A stretch of DNA of 64,000 bases from NCBI RefSeq assembly GCF_009914755.1, contig NC_060926.1; one strand, given 5' to 3'. Every line of letters starts with the position of its first letter. Position 1 is the stretch's first letter. This stretch comes from the human T2T-CHM13v2.0 reference genome, Homo sapiens. Positions 34,993-52,174 of the stretch are shown here, one piece after another. The notes beneath the pieces were generated by a model. The model saw only the letters and a list, made by a program, of their open reading frames with translations, was not told where the DNA came from and did not search any database. Both the position numbers and the translations under genes were made by a program.

Positions 34993-35557
34993 AGAGATTC
35001 CATATTATCACATGAAGCTTCAATCAAACTGTCCTTTCCAATGTAACTCTTTTTTGTGTATGCTGGTACGAGAGAGGTTTCTGTCATTTTCTGGCTACAA
35101 CAACATTATACACACGTCCCACAAGACTCCATAAGTGGTAGTTCCCTTTCCCCTGTTCCTTCTTTTCCAGTGGCCCTTCACTTTCCCTGTGGATGGTGGA
35201 AATTTGTCACTAAAGCTGTCTGTGTTGCAAGAGAGCATAGCAGCAACCTTTGCCACTATGGACGGTTATGAAACTTTTTCAACATACATAAAAGTTGAAA
35301 TAATTTTACAGCAAACTCCTGTGTATTCACTACACAGATTTTCTTTACTTTAGTTGCATTATCTTTTTTTTCTTTTAAAAAAAAACATTTTGTAGGAATG
35401 GGGTTTTTCTGTTTTGTCTACACAGTTCATAGCCCTGCCTTACAACTACACTTTCGGGAAGTTTTATAATGCATCTGCCCCAGCCGAATGCAGGCAGAGC
35501 CCTGCTCTTCAGCAGTAGGCTTTGTTCCGCCTACCCACAGACTCAACATTTCCATCA

Positions 35558-35958
<401 letters not shown>

Positions 35959-36403
35959 GATTTGCAAATTGATTTTTCATCTCTTTCTTTCTTTTTAATT
36001 TTAATATAGCAAGCTTATCCTTAAGCAAATTGATTTTTAAGAGATATTAAACAAGCCTTGGCAATATTGCCTTCTCAATCCCCAGAGAGAAATCTTCACA
36101 TCCCATCTCCAAACTGCTGCATTTTAAGAAATATTTTTCCAAATATGAAAAACAATATGCATGCATTGCAGAAAACTTAGAAAATATTGAAAACTATAAA
36201 AAGAGAACAAATAATCTCTCATAATCATTTAGCACATAATGGGAATCATACTGTGTATAAAGTTCTAAACCTGATTTTTCTCCCCTAAAGTATATCATGA
36301 AAAATGTCTGCATAATATTTGCATCGCATTGTTAAACTATAATTTAATTAGTACACTATAAGCAATACCCTATTTTTCCTGTTATTATAATAATTTGTTA
36401 AAC

Positions 36404-36701
36404 TTTTTTTTTTTTTTTTTTTTGAGACGGAGTCTCGCCCTGTCGCCCAGGCTGGAGTGCAGTGGAGCGATCTCGGCTCACTGGCTCACTGCAAGCTCCG
36501 CCTCCCGGGTTCACACCATTCTCCTGCCTCAGCCTCCCAAGTAGCTGGGACTACAGGTGCCCGTCACCACGCCCGGCTAATTTCTTTTTGTATTTTTAGT
36601 AGAGACAGGGTTTCACCGTGTTAGCCAGGATGGTCTCGATCTCCTGACTTTGTGATCTGCCCACCTCGGCCTCCCAAAGTGCTGGGATTCCTCGCCCAGC
36701 C
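36404..36701 (-). mobile_element. AluY
   Basis: GCAAGCTCCGCC, CGTGTTAGCCAGGATGG diagnostics; TSD TGTTAAA. Confidence 0.93.
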
Positions 36702-37802
36702 TGTTAAATATCTTTATACATGGATCTTTGAAAACATTTTTTTTGCCCCTAGAATAGATATACTCTTGGATATAACTTATTGAGTAAAAATGTATGATCT
36801 TTTATACATATTGTTAAATTATTTTTGTAAAAACCTGTTACTAGTAATGTATAAAAGTGCCCTCTCACCAACTTCTTGCTAGCACTGAATATTATTATTT
36901 TAAACATTGTTGTTTTTATAATTCAGCCGGTAAGTTGTAGCTTGCAGTTTCAGGCTCCCTTGAAAGTGAAAAAGGTTTGATGGCTGCCTTCTCCAGGATT
37001 CTCTTTAGCGGCCTCTGCTGCTTCAGAGGCAGTCTTTCTCTCTCTATCGCTCTCTCTCTCTCTCCCTTGGGGCCATCTTGCATAATTTCTGGTTTCCTCC
37101 TTCCTGTTGTATTTTGGAGTTCTTCCCACAGACTTTTTCTTTTTCAGTCCCAGCTCTCCACTTCAAAGTCTACTTCTGCCAGGGTGCAGCAGGTCAGATG
37201 TTTTCCATTAACTAAGGTAGTATATGTTAAATGGTTAACCCAGAACCCTCTGGAGTCAGCAGAGGTGTTGAGTGGAGCTGTGCCTGCCAGGAAATGCCCC
37301 CTTATCCTCATTTCTGCCCATTGGGCAGAGCAGCATTTTCCGCTTGGCAGAGCAGGCCTGATGCAGCGCTCAGAGGGAACCAAGCCAGTGCTGGCATTGC
37401 TGCCAATAGCTACTGAGGAAGCAATCTCCTTAACGATACATGTGATCAAGACTCAAAAGCTTAAAAGAGAACCTGTAGATCTTGCGTGGGCAGAGGCCAT
37501 GAGTCATCTAGAAATGGTGTTTGGGGCTGTGAGCAGATGACACCATTTCCAGTGGAGACAGTCACGGGACAGACTGCAGGACAGAACTGGGACCTGGGAT
37601 CTGCAGAAGCCACATGATGGAGCGATAAGACCACCTGGCCTGGGCCAGGACGCAGACCATTCTTTTAGCCACACCAAACTTTAAAGGACTTTCCATTTGT
37701 TATTTCTCTCCATTTTATTATGAAAATAAGTTGAAAGAATTTTCCAGCAAACACCCATGTGTCCACTACATAGATTTTCTCACAGCATTTTACACGAATT
37801 GC

Positions 37803-37948
37803 TTTTTTTTTTTTTTTTTTTAACATTTTGTAGAGATGGGGTTTTGCTATTTTGCCCAGGTTGGTCTCAAATCCTGGGCCTCAGGCAATCCTCCTGCCTC
37901 GGCCTCCCAAAGTGCTGGGATTACAAGCATGAGTCACTGCACCGGGCT
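37803..37948 (-). mobile_element. FLAM / Alu monomer
   Basis: Single left monomer after poly-T. Confidence 0.85.
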
Positions 37949-38715
37949 GCATTATCATATATTAATCCACCTATCCATCATCCCTCTATCTCTCAAGCAA
38001 TCTAAATTATTTTTTCTGTGAATATCAAAATAAGTTGCCGATGTCAGTATGCTTCCCCAAAAAACTGAATCATGTATATTATTAATCAAAGTTCAGTATT
38101 TATTTACAGTCCATTATTTCCTTAGGGAAAGATTTATATACCACAGATTGCATGCAAAAACGTGTACTGTGTGATGTTTTAACAAATGCATATACTTGTA
38201 CAACCCAGATCCCTATCGAAATATAGAACATTACATCCAGAAATTTCCTTCATGCCCCTTCCCAGTCAATATCTGTCATCATGGTCCTAGAGGCAAATTC
38301 TGCTCTGGCTTTTTCTACCGCAGATTAGTTTTGCCTGTTCTACAACTTCCTATAGATGAAATTATATATTTGTATTTTTGTGTGTGAGACTTCTTTTACT
38401 CCATCTAAGGACACTTTACTATGTAGGAGGAAACTGGCAAACTATAGGGCCTGCCAGGATCCTGTTTTTTGTTTAGGAACAGAGAAAACCTTTTTTCCTA
38501 AATCGAATTTTAAGTGACAGTAAGAAACACCATTAAGGGGGCAAAGGTTTCCTATCTCATTCTATGGAGCCAGCACTGCCCTAACACCAAAACCAAACAA
38601 AGACATTACAAGAAAAGAAAACTGCAGACCAGTATCTTTTATGAGCATAGATGCAAAATCCTCAACAAAATATTAGCAAATTGAATCCAACAGTTTGATA
38701 GAAAAGTGTAACTGA

Positions 38716-38990
38716 CTTTGGGAGGCTGAGGCAGGCAGATCACTTGAGCTCAGGAGTTTGAGACCAGTCTGGGCAACATGGCAAAACCCCACCTCTACTA
38801 AAAATACAAAAATTAGCTGGGTATAGCGGTGCACTCCTCTAATCTCAGCTACTGGGGAGGCTTAGGTGGATGGATTGCTTGAGCCTGGGGAGGTTGAGGC
38901 TGCGGTGAACCGAGATCATGCCACTGCACTCCAGCCTGGGCAACAGAGCGAGACACTGTCTCAAACAAAACAAAACAAAAAAAACAAAAG
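38716..38990 (+). mobile_element. 5'-truncated AluJ
   Basis: TSD AGAAAAGTGTAA overlapping the LTR terminus. Confidence 0.9.
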
Positions 38991-38999
38991 AAAGAAAAG

Positions 39000-39695
39000 T
39001 GTAATCACCCAACAGGTTCTCCTTGCCCACTGCCTAGAGAGAGCTGATTTATCAAGACAGGGGAATTGCAATAGTTTAATTCTCACAGAGCCAGCTGTAT
39101 GGGTGACTGCAGTTTTATTATTATTCGAATCAGTCTCCCAGAAAGCTAGGGGATCAGGGTTTTTAAGGATAATTTGGTGGGCAGGGGGTCAGAACATGGG
39201 AGCACTGACAGGTTGAGTTGGAGATGAAATCATAGGGAGCTGTGCTCTTGTGCTGAGTCAGTTCCTGGATGGGGGCCACAAGACCAGATGAGCCAGTTTC
39301 TCGATCTGGGTGGTGCCAGCTGATCCATTGAGTGCAGGGTCTGATCTTAGGTTTTGCAATAGTAATATTATCCCCAGGATAATTTGGGAGGTTTAGAATC
39401 TTGCAGCCTCTAGCAGCGTGACCCCTAAACCATAATTTCTAATCTTGTGGCTAATCTGTTAGTCCTGCAAAGGCAGTCTAGTCCCCAGGCAGGAAGCGGA
39501 TTTGTTTTGGAAGAGGGCCGTTATCATCTTTGTTTCAAAGTTAAGCCATAAACTAAGTTCCTTCCAAAATTAGTTTGGCCTGCACCCAGGAATGAACAAG
39601 GACAGTTTGGAGGTTAGAAGAAATATGGAATCAGTTAGGTCAGATCTCTTTCACTGTCATAATTTTCTGTTCTAATTTTTGCAGAGGCGGTTTCA
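39000..39695 (-). mobile_element. LTR8 (ERV1) solo LTR
   Basis: Minus strand starts TGAAACCGCCTCTGCAAAAATT, ends TTACA; 4-bp TSD AAAG on both sides. Confidence 0.85.
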
Positions 39696-41057
39696 AAAGA
39701 ATTATACACACAACCAAGTGATATTTCTCCCAGGAATGCAAGGCTGATTTAATATTCAAAATCAATTAATGTTACTCATCACATCAACATGTTAAAAGAG
39801 AAAAATCACATGATCTTATTAATAGATGCAGAAAAAGCATTTGACAAAATTCAGCATGCATTTATGATTAAAAAAAGAAAACTTCAGTAAACTAGGAATA
39901 GAGGGGAACTTCCTCAACTGGGTGAAGGATATCTACAAAATATCTATAGCTAACATCTTACTTAATAGTGAGAGACTCAAAGCTTTCCCACTAAGGAAAC
40001 AAGGAATAAAGCAAGGATGTCCTCTCTCCCCACTCCTTTTCAACATTTTCCTGGAAGTTCTAGCTAATGCAATGAGATGAGGAAAGGAAATAAAAGAATA
40101 CAAACTTAAAGAATACAATAAATACAAATAAAAAATACAAATTAGAAAGGAAGAAATAAAACTATTTTTGTTTGCAGATGATATGATCATAGTCAATGAA
40201 AAACTTCTGGAACTAATAAGCAATTATAGCAGGATTCCAGGATACAAGGTTAATATACAAAAGCCAATTACTTTCCTATATACCAAGTGGAATTTGAAAT
40301 TAAAAACACAGTACCATTTCCATTAACATCCCCCAATATGAAATCCTTAATTATAAATCTAACAAACTATATCCAAAATTTTTATGAGGAAAAGTACAAA
40401 ATTCTGATGAATGAAATCAAAGAACTAAATAAATGGAGGTATATTACATGTTCATGGAGGAAGACTCAATATTTTCAAGATGTTAGCTCTTCCTCAGCTT
40501 GATCTAATTTAATGCAGTCCCAATCAAAATTTTATCAAGCTATTTTGTGGATATTGGTAAATTAATTCTGAAGTTTATATGCAGAGGCAAAAGATCTAGA
40601 ATAGTGAACACGATATCTTCAAGTACAAAGTCGGAGGACTGACAGTACCTGATATCAAGACTTACTATCAAGCTCCAATAAGACAGTGTAGTATTGATGA
40701 AAGAATAGCCAAATAGATCAATGGAACAGAAGAGAGAGCCCAGAAAATAGATCCACATAAATACAGCTAAGTGATCTTTGACAAAGGGGCAAAGGCCACA
40801 CATTGAAGAAAAGATAGTCTTCAACAAATGGTGCTAGAACAACTGGACATCCACAAGCAAAAAAAAAAAAAAAAAAAAATGACTCTATGCACAGGCCTTC
40901 CCCCTTTCGCAAAAACTAACTCAAAATGGATCATAGACCTAAAAGTAAAATGCAAAACTATAAAGCTTCTAGAAGATAACATAGGAGAACACCTAGATGA
41001 CCTTGGCTATGGTGATAACTTTTTAGATACACACCAAAGGCATGATCCACAAAAGAA

Positions 41058-41058
<1 letters not shown>

Positions 41059-41092
<34 letters not shown>

Positions 41093-41101
41093 TGTGTGTG
41101 T
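41059..41101. repeat. (TG)n microsatellite at the FLAM tail
   Basis: About 21 TG units with one interruption. Confidence 0.95.
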
Positions 41102-41225
41102 ATTTTTGTAGAGACAGGGTCTTACTTTGTTGCCCAGGCTGGTCTCAAACTCCTGGGCTTAAGTGATCCTCCCGCCTCAGCCTCCCAAAGTGCTGGGAAT
41201 ACAGGTGTGAGCCACCGTAACTGGC
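41102..41225 (-). mobile_element. FLAM / Alu monomer
   Basis: Single monomer. Confidence 0.85.
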
Positions 41226-42272
41226 TGACACACAAAAAAATTGGTAAGTTGAACTTTTTAAAAATTAAATAATACGGAATAGTCACACTATGGAATAATA
41301 TACAGTAACAAATGGAAAACGACAACCTCATGCAACATATCCTACAAGGTTGTCAGAGGAACATGTAAAGGGAATGCTGCAAGGTTCTCAGAGGGACATG
41401 GCAGAATGGTCTGGTGGAATGGGCCCAGGTCTGGAGGAAGGAAGGCCTTGGGGCCTGATGAGCAAAGTGTGAAGTGTCTAGAGAGGGAGCTTTGGGACAG
41501 AGTACATAAAGCATGGGATTTACTTCAGTTCCAGCAGGCCTGGGTTCAAATCCTGGCTCTGCTACTTACCGCTAACCTCTCCGGAACTCCATTTACTCAT
41601 CACTAAAAGGGATTATTATGATGATTGAATGAAATCAAATGTGTTCAAATGTATAAAGTGCCTGGCATCCAGTACCTACTCAATACATGGAGTGAGTTTT
41701 ATTATGTGGAGGGAACAAGGTTTTTCAGTGGACTAACAAAGCGCGTGGAATCTAAATAATCTGTCTGTGTGTCTGTTGCCCCCACTGCCCGATGGACAGT
41801 GGAATAGGGACTGCACCTGGCACACGGTAGCCATTCAGTATGAGCATTCAAAGAATGAACCTGCATAGGAAGCACTGGAGCTCCTATGACTGAACCAACC
41901 GTCATTTTGGGGGTCCCCACAAGCTTACTCAAGTCCTATTGCCTGGCTGACTGTGCAGCCTCTGCTTTTGGTGGCTGGAATTGACACTGCAGGTATAGAT
42001 TTATGCCAAACCCTGATCTCTTTATGCAGAGCCCAATCCTGGACCCCACCGCCTGCCTCTTCTCACCTGCCTGGTGGGATCTGAGAGGGAACTGCTTCTC
42101 TGAGTCGCCTCCTGCTATGCCTCCCCACCCCAACTTTCCCCTGCCTAACTGGCCCCAGGTTATAGCACCCTTGTATGGCCTTGAAAAAGCTGTTCCCTCC
42201 TCTCTTGCAACTGATAACACCCTCCTCTATCCAAGCCACCCACAGGGACACATTTCTATCACAGAACTCTAG

Positions 42273-42586
<314 letters not shown>

Positions 42587-42849
42587 TACATGCTTTGTTA
42601 CAATTATTTGTTAGCACAACTGCCTGCTTCCTCCTGGGTAAGGTCCTTGAAGGCAGCGGCTGTATCTTCCCTGTCTCAGAGGTTAGCCACATAAATCCTC
42701 AATAAACACACTTATTGAATGGATGAACAGATGGATGTCAAAATTTCATCTCCTTCTTGTCTTCCTCAGCTGTACCCCATTCAAGGTATTCCAAAACAAA
42801 TTCTATTAGTAAATCCCCACAGCCAGCAATCATTGCCACACTTAAGATA

Positions 42850-43100
42850 CAAGAGCCCCCCTTATCCACAGTTTCACTTTCCAAGTTTTCAGTCTCCTGC
42901 AGCCAACCACAGTCCAAAAATATTACATATAATAAGATATTTTGAAAAAGAGACAATTCACATAACTTCTATTATACTATATTGTTATATTTGCTCTATT
43001 TTATTATTAGTTATTATTAATCTCTTACTGTGCCTAATTTATAAATTAAACTTTATCATAGGCATGTATTCATAGGAAAGAAACATATATATGTGTGTAT
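42850..43100 (+). mobile_element. MER44A-like MITE fragment
   Basis: CCCCCCTTATCCACAGTTTCACTTTCC...CTCTTACTGTGCCTAATTTATAAATT; same family as 10693-11327. Confidence 0.75.
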
Positions 43101-43262
43101 GTATATATATGTATATAAAAATATAATTTTATTGCTCAGTCATGGGAAGCACAAAATAGAGTTCTTGCTGAGTGGATGGCTCCTTCCAGGTTCTGCCTCT
43201 GCCTTCCTTTACAGCCTTGGGGGCCTCTGAGCTCAGCATGAGGACTGGGAAGGACAATGGAG

Positions 43263-43584
<322 letters not shown>

Positions 43585-44032
43585 TAGGTCTTGAATTGAC
43601 ATGCATCACTTTTGTTGATATTCCATTGGCTAGAATTCAGGCACAAGGCACCCAAATTGTAAGAAAGGCTGGGAAATATAGTCCAGCTGTGTGTGCCCAG
43701 AGAAAAGAGGAAATGGTTTGCTTAGTAGTCGGCTAGTCTCTGCCACACCACCTTAATGGGAATTATTTTACCAGTTCAAAGATTTGAGAATTTAGATTCG
43801 GCTCTATCATTAGCATCAGTAGACTATTTTCATATCAGAAGGGCTTTTGTGTGGTAATTAATACTGCCTTTATTAAACAGAATGCAGTTTTAATAAACCA
43901 CATTTAGAGAATGATTTTTCTTTAACATTTGGACACTGATTACAGATGTTATTCAATACATTTCCTATGTGACTTAAACTAAAATTATGGTTTTATCATG
44001 ACAGATTACCTCACACTTCAAATATTCTACTC

Positions 44033-44225
44033 CAGGAGTCAGCAAACTGAGGCTCACTGCCTGATTTTACAAATAAAGTTTTATTAGCACATAGCCACAC
44101 CATCATTTCCATATAGTGTATGGCTGCTTTCCCTGTACAACAGCAGAGTTGAGTGGTTGCAACAGTAACCACATGGCCTGTAAAGCCAAAAACATTTACC
44201 TCCTGGCCTTTTAAGAAAAAGATTT
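44033..44225 (+). mobile_element. MER58A-like hAT MITE
   Basis: CAGGAGTCAGCAAACT...AAATAAAGTTTTATT..CACATAGCCAC. Confidence 0.7.
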
Positions 44226-44310
44226 AGACTGAAACAAAATATCCACAAATATACCAGACAAAAGATTACATTTAAACTTGTTCTAAAATACCACCAGTAT
44301 GAGCGTCCTC

Positions 44311-44912
<602 letters not shown>

Positions 44913-45117
44913 AGGAGGCTTCTTATAATCACCATCCTTACACTTGTCCTTTTACCTTTTTAGAGCTTGTAACGCATATATTGATACCTTCAAGCGATAC
45001 AGCAAACATATCCTGAAAAACAAGGAGCAGAGATTAAGTAGAAGAAGAAAGAGAAGGAGGAAAAGGAAGAGGAGAAAGAGGGACAGGAGGAAACATATGC
45101 TTGTTTTATTAGGATGC

Positions 45118-45218
45118 TTTTTTTTTCATAGATTATTGGGGGACAGGTAGTGTATTTGGTTACATGACTAAGTTCTTTAGTGATGATTTGTGAGATTTTG
45201 GTGCACCCATCACCCAAG
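45118..45218 (-). mobile_element. ~100-bp 5'-truncated L1PB 3' end
   Basis: GGGTGATGGGTGCACCAAAATCTCACAAATC on the - strand; TSD ATTAGGATGC at 45108-45117 and 45219-45228. Confidence 0.85.
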
Positions 45219-45898
45219 ATTAGGATGCATTTTGATTAATTAGGACAACTAGAGATCTCATCCCCCAGAAGTCACGGATGCAGTCTGGACAGCTGGTCTC
45301 TCTGGGAGACTCACCTGGTCCATCATTGTGCAGCACTCTTGGGCATCGTTCTACTCTGGGGCTTTGTGTGACTGACAACACTGATAGGTCCTCCTTGCTT
45401 TTCCTGGTCATCTCTCACTTGCTCACGCTTCCATGTTTATTCTTTACCACTTACACATGGAGAATGCGTCTTACATAGACTTAGAAACAGACATATCCAC
45501 ACTCTCCTCACTACTGCAATTTATTTAAATACTATCTTTTTACACTTTCTATAAACATTTCTTTTTCAGGTATCATTATATTCGCATGTCTTTTTAGACT
45601 AAACTTATTCTTAACAATACAAGTATTCCATTTTGATGCTCAGATTATGATAAATTGTTGCCAATTGTTACAGTTTGGCCAAGCAGTTCTTTTGGTGCCA
45701 AATTTTTGAAACCTTCCATTGTTTGGGGCCAACAGCAGGATATTCTAGGACCATCCTGATCTTTCTTAACTCCCAGGACACAGACAGGCCATCAGTTACC
45801 TTCTACTAGAATCCTGATTCCTTTGGTGTAGAGTTATATTAGAGTACAAAACCTTGGCACTTAGAATTAAGCAAAATACTACTGCTTACTGCTGAGTC

Positions 45899-46192
45899 TT
45901 TTTTTTTTTTTTAAAGACAAGGTCTTATTCTGTTGCCTGGACTGGAGTGCGATGGTGCATTTAGAGCTCACTGAAGCCTCGAACCCTTGGGCTCAAGCTA
46001 TCCTCCCACCTCAGCCTCTCAAGTAGTTAGGACAATGGGTATGTGCCACCTTACCTGGCTAATTTTTAAATTTTTTCTAGAGACTGAGTCTCACCATGTC
46101 CAGGCTGATCTCAAACTCCTGTCCTCAAGCAATCCTTCTACCTCGGCCTCCCAAAGCTTTGGGATTACAAGCGTGAGCCACCATGCCCGGCC
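45899..46192 (-). mobile_element. AluJ
   Basis: Diverged reverse Alu; T(A/G)CTGAGTC flanks. Confidence 0.9.
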
Positions 46193-46888
46193 TACTGAGT
46201 CACTTTTGAAGCTACACACATAGAAAAAAGATGTCTTTTGAACATGTCATTAATGCCCTTTCAAACTGATTTTTTTTATTAAATCCTAGAAAGACAAGAA
46301 TGTTTAAAACTCAACTTTATGAAGACAGACAAGGTTTTCTGACCTCCAAACACTTCCCATTACTTATCAAAAGTAAAGCTTCGAGGGATGAGACTAGACC
46401 ATTAATATAAACTACAGTATCAAGAAGATACAGAATGACCAGGCTGTTGCGCTCCATGAGACAGAGGAGGGCCTCCAAGGAGGTGTGAGGGGGCAGAGCT
46501 GGCAGGGAGGGAGGGAAGGGCTGGAGGTGAGCCCACAGTGTCTTTCGCATCTTCTTGGGCTGAGTACGGAGGAAGGAGGCTAAGTCCTACAAGAGCAAAA
46601 TACTCAGGTGGTGTGGGGGTGGGATGTTGGATCCGACAGGTGGCTCCTTCCCTGCTTCTGGATACTCTGCTGGGTCTTAGGAATGCTGAGGCCCCCTGCC
46701 TAGGAGAATGGGGCCCCAGCACTGAGGGCCAGGCCCAGAGAGCTCCAGCATCCAGAGATGCCCAGGGGTCCCAAAGGTAACCCGGGGCTGGCTCCCTCTG
46801 AGGAAGAGAGCCTGAGGAGGAGGAACAGGCTGGACTTTAGGGCCAGAGCTTGAAAAAGAGCGACATCCAGGCCTCAAGGATGGCAGCC

Positions 46889-46960
46889 CCAGCAAGCGCC
46901 CAGGCAAGGGCAGGCCAGCCCAGGCCAGCAAGCGCCCAGGCAAGGGCAGGCCAGCCCAGG
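46889..46960. repeat. Perfect 36-bp tandem duplication
   Basis: CCAGCAAGCGCCCAGGCAAGGGCAGGCCAGCCCAGG x2. Confidence 0.95.
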
Positions 46961-47593
46961 GACTTGGGGAGAAGGCCTGACACGGCCCTGAGTTCCCTAA
47001 GGCACTCACACCTCGGTAAGGGATCCAGTGGGGGCCCTGTGACAGTTCCAGGCCAGGGTCCATCCTTCTGCCCCTATCCCCTTGAGAAGGAAGGGTGAGA
47101 GAGGAGACCCCTTCAGCGAGGAGAAGAACTGATGGGAAGTCTTAATTCTGAAGGGGCTAAGTCTTTGAAAAAAGTCTCTTTTAAATTGGAGAAGACTGAG
47201 ATACTTTGACTCAGCAAGTCACCCGCTTCTCATCACTCCATACCCACCCTCAGTGGACTGGAAGCAGAGCACGATGAGGCTGGGCCAGTGATGGAAAACA
47301 AAGACGGGGCACATCTGGCTAGACCACTCCCAGTCTCCCGACCAGGCAAGGGGAGTTGGGGGAGTGGGGTGGCTCCACCTGCGAAGCACTTTGAGCTTTT
47401 GTCTCCAGAGGATGAGCGGATACCTCTACCTACCCAGCATTTTCACAGCCTCCTGGAGACAGGGTCATCCTTGGTCCCCGCAGAAGCAGGGTGCTCATTT
47501 GTGAAAGCCCTTCACAGCTTCACCAACCAACGCTTTCCCTTTGCTGCCTGTGTTGCAACACCGTGAGTTTTTCCTTTTCCAAATATGAGTTCT

Positions 47594-47923
<330 letters not shown>

Positions 47924-49183
47924 TAATTTGAATGTGTTTTTCTGATACACATGCCCCATCCCAAACTGAAGATTTTCATCTCTCTCTCTCTCTTCTCCCA
48001 CACACATACACACACACGCACACACCCACTCACTCCCTTTAAGAATAGCCCTGGAAGGCCTGTCCTTCTCAGGGACATCCTGGGACAGTCCCATTCATTT
48101 CAGGAGCTACACATGCTCAGAGCCTCGTACCTGTGAGCTGCTCCCCAAGAATGGGAGCAGAACTGCCCTTTACAAACACCCCCTTCCAATTCTCCATTTT
48201 CAGCATTTTTCCCTTCCTTTTAGTCCCAGCCCCAGAAATGCTTAGGATTTAATGCCGTCTGGGAATATTTGCTTTCCAAAAGGAGAAATGGGGAACAATG
48301 CAATGCTCTACCTGAGAGATGACTCATCCGTGGTTCATGCTCAGGCATCAGAGAGCAAGGGAAGCTGCACCGGGGCGAAGCTGCCTTCCTCAGGGCTCCT
48401 CCTGCCTCCCCCCAGGGGACACTTCCTTCCCCAACTGCACCACCTGAGACGCCCCAGTGCTCGCCTGGATGTCCAGGCAGGTTAAATAGCTAATTACAAG
48501 AAGAATAGTCAACAGCAGCATTTTGGAGCTGTGCACCAGGAAGTCTATTCTATGCTATTACATGGACTAGGCACTAACTTATTCTTTCTTCATAGAGTAA
48601 GAAGCTGAGACACAGAGAGGTTAAGTAAGTTGTGCAAGATGCACAGTTGGTAAGGGGCAGGGCCGAGCTGCAAATGCAGGCATCTGGCCCCAGAGCCCTC
48701 ACCCTAACACTCCACGTTGCCTCCTCTTGGGCTTTTCATGGAAAAAAGGAAATGATGACTCTCCACTTCCTCCTGCCCCCATCTCTGTCCATCCTGGGGA
48801 CAGGGAGAGCCTGGGACAGAACAGCCCTGGAGCAGACTCACCCACCATGCCCAGGTCTGAGGTGGATCCAGGGTAAGGAGGAGACCCTGGACAGAGAGGG
48901 AGCATCACATTGACCGGGAGAAGGGATACAAGTTGCCCACACCCACTGCTGGGTCCAGGGGGCCTAAAGCAAATGGAGGCCAGGTTCTCACCTTTACAGA
49001 GGCCGCTGCTGAAATTCTTGGTCTTTGGGCTCACATGTTTATAGACTGCAACACTGCAGTCCCGCATTAGGCTCTGGAGATACACAAATAAATAAGATGT
49101 CTCCCTGCTCTCCAGAGTTCCCTGTCACCTGGGAACCATGTGATGAAACCACTGCAGCACCTCTGGGTCTTCTTCCCAAATAA

Positions 49184-49757
<574 letters not shown>

Positions 49758-49954
49758 TGAGGACCTAGCCCCACGAGACTGTCCCTGCTTCAGATGCCAA
49801 TCACAAGCACAGGTGATGTCTTGTGTTTCTTACCGATGGGCTGCTCTCAGGGTTCCCATGACTACCTCCTCGGAGTCAATTACTTTGCTGCAGTGGCTCA
49901 CAGAACTCACAGAAACACATGTTTACCAGTTTATTATAAAGGATATTACAATGA

Positions 49955-50275
<321 letters not shown>

Positions 50276-50689
50276 CAGAATATAACTCTTATCTGAGGAA
50301 TGGGAGCCCTTTCAAATTATTAGGCCCAGAGAGGAGGCATTGAAATGAGACTGCTGCGATCACATCCTCTTGCCTGCTTTGAGCTATGTTGCATCTCTTG
50401 AAACTGCTTGCTATTGCCACGAGTAGCTGTGGATTAACCTAATTATGCCTCACCCAGCATATAACCCACATCCTATAGCGTAACAGTGTATAGCCAATTG
50501 CTAATCGATGTCATTCCTGAAAAACAGAATTTCCGACAGAACTTTATATCAGCCATTCCCTGTTTCACTTTTGTTTCCTTTAAAAACCTGCCTGCAAAAA
50601 AGGCCACGTGAAGCTCATATCCAGGATTACTTGGGTCTGAGTTTTTTGGGCAGCTGTCCTTATTTTTGCTCAAGTAAACTATTTTCTTA

Positions 50690-50999
<310 letters not shown>

Positions 51000-51451
51000 T
51001 AAACTCTTTAAATCACATTTTGCACTTCAGCCTCTTCCTTTTAGGTTGACACAGAGGACGCAGATGAACATGTTATGGAAGAACATGTTATGGGAGAGGC
51101 ATGGGAGAAGAGTCTCAGAGTTTCCATGCTCTCTCTGGACACGCCACCCCCTAGGAACTTCCATGTGTTCCACTGTCCAGAAACAACCGAACCCAGTCCT
51201 TCTCGGTTTTTATGGAGGATTCATTACATATGCATAATTGATGAAATCATTGGCCATTGGTGACCAACTTAACCTTTAGCCCCTCTGCCCTCTCTGAAGG
51301 CTAGGAGTGGGAGTGAAAGTCCCAATCTTCTTGGCCAGCCAACAGTTAATTCATCAGCATACAACAAGACACATTGCTTTAGAGATTCCAAGGGTTTTAG
51401 GAGTTGCGTGCCAGGAAACAGGGATGAAAGCCAAACATATGTATTATATCT

Positions 51452-51756
<305 letters not shown>

Positions 51757-51989
51757 TTATCATGAGTCACAATACTGTATCACAAGCACTTACTATATGC
51801 CAGAGACTGTGGCATATGCTTAACACATATTATTGCATCTAATTCTTGCAATGACTCTGAGTTAGGGATTGTTATTATCATCATTTCAGAGATGAGAAAA
51901 CAGCAAAAAGAGGATAGGTGGGTTACCCAAGTCACCGGGACTTTACAGCGGAGCGCCTGTCTCCATGTTCTTGGTGCGATGATCTATAC

Positions 51990-52174
51990 CAGTGGTTCTC
52001 AAAGTGTGGTCCCTGGACCAGTAGCCTCAGCATCACCTGAGAACTTAATGGAAGAAAAATTCTTGAGCCCCACCCCTGACCTGCAGCATCAGAGGCTCTG
52101 GGGGTAGGGCCCAGCCATCTGGGTTTCAGCAGCCCTCCTGGTAATTGATTCACATTGAAGTTTGAGAGCCACTC
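51990..52174. mobile_element. MER5A hAT MITE
   Basis: CAGTGGTTCTCAAAGTGTGGTCCC...TTTGAGAGCCACT; TCTATAC flanks. Confidence 0.85.

Larger units (their letters stand above)
38545..41280 (+). mobile_element. Old L1 ORF2 remnant, interrupted by Alu, LTR8 and FLAM
   Basis: [29 protein letters not shown] and KTIKLLEDNIGE-like peptides. Confidence 0.9.

Noticed and set aside
36977-37540. 187-aa plus-strand ORF
   Set aside because: Includes low-complexity CT tract, no domain similarity I recognise, no clear exon structure
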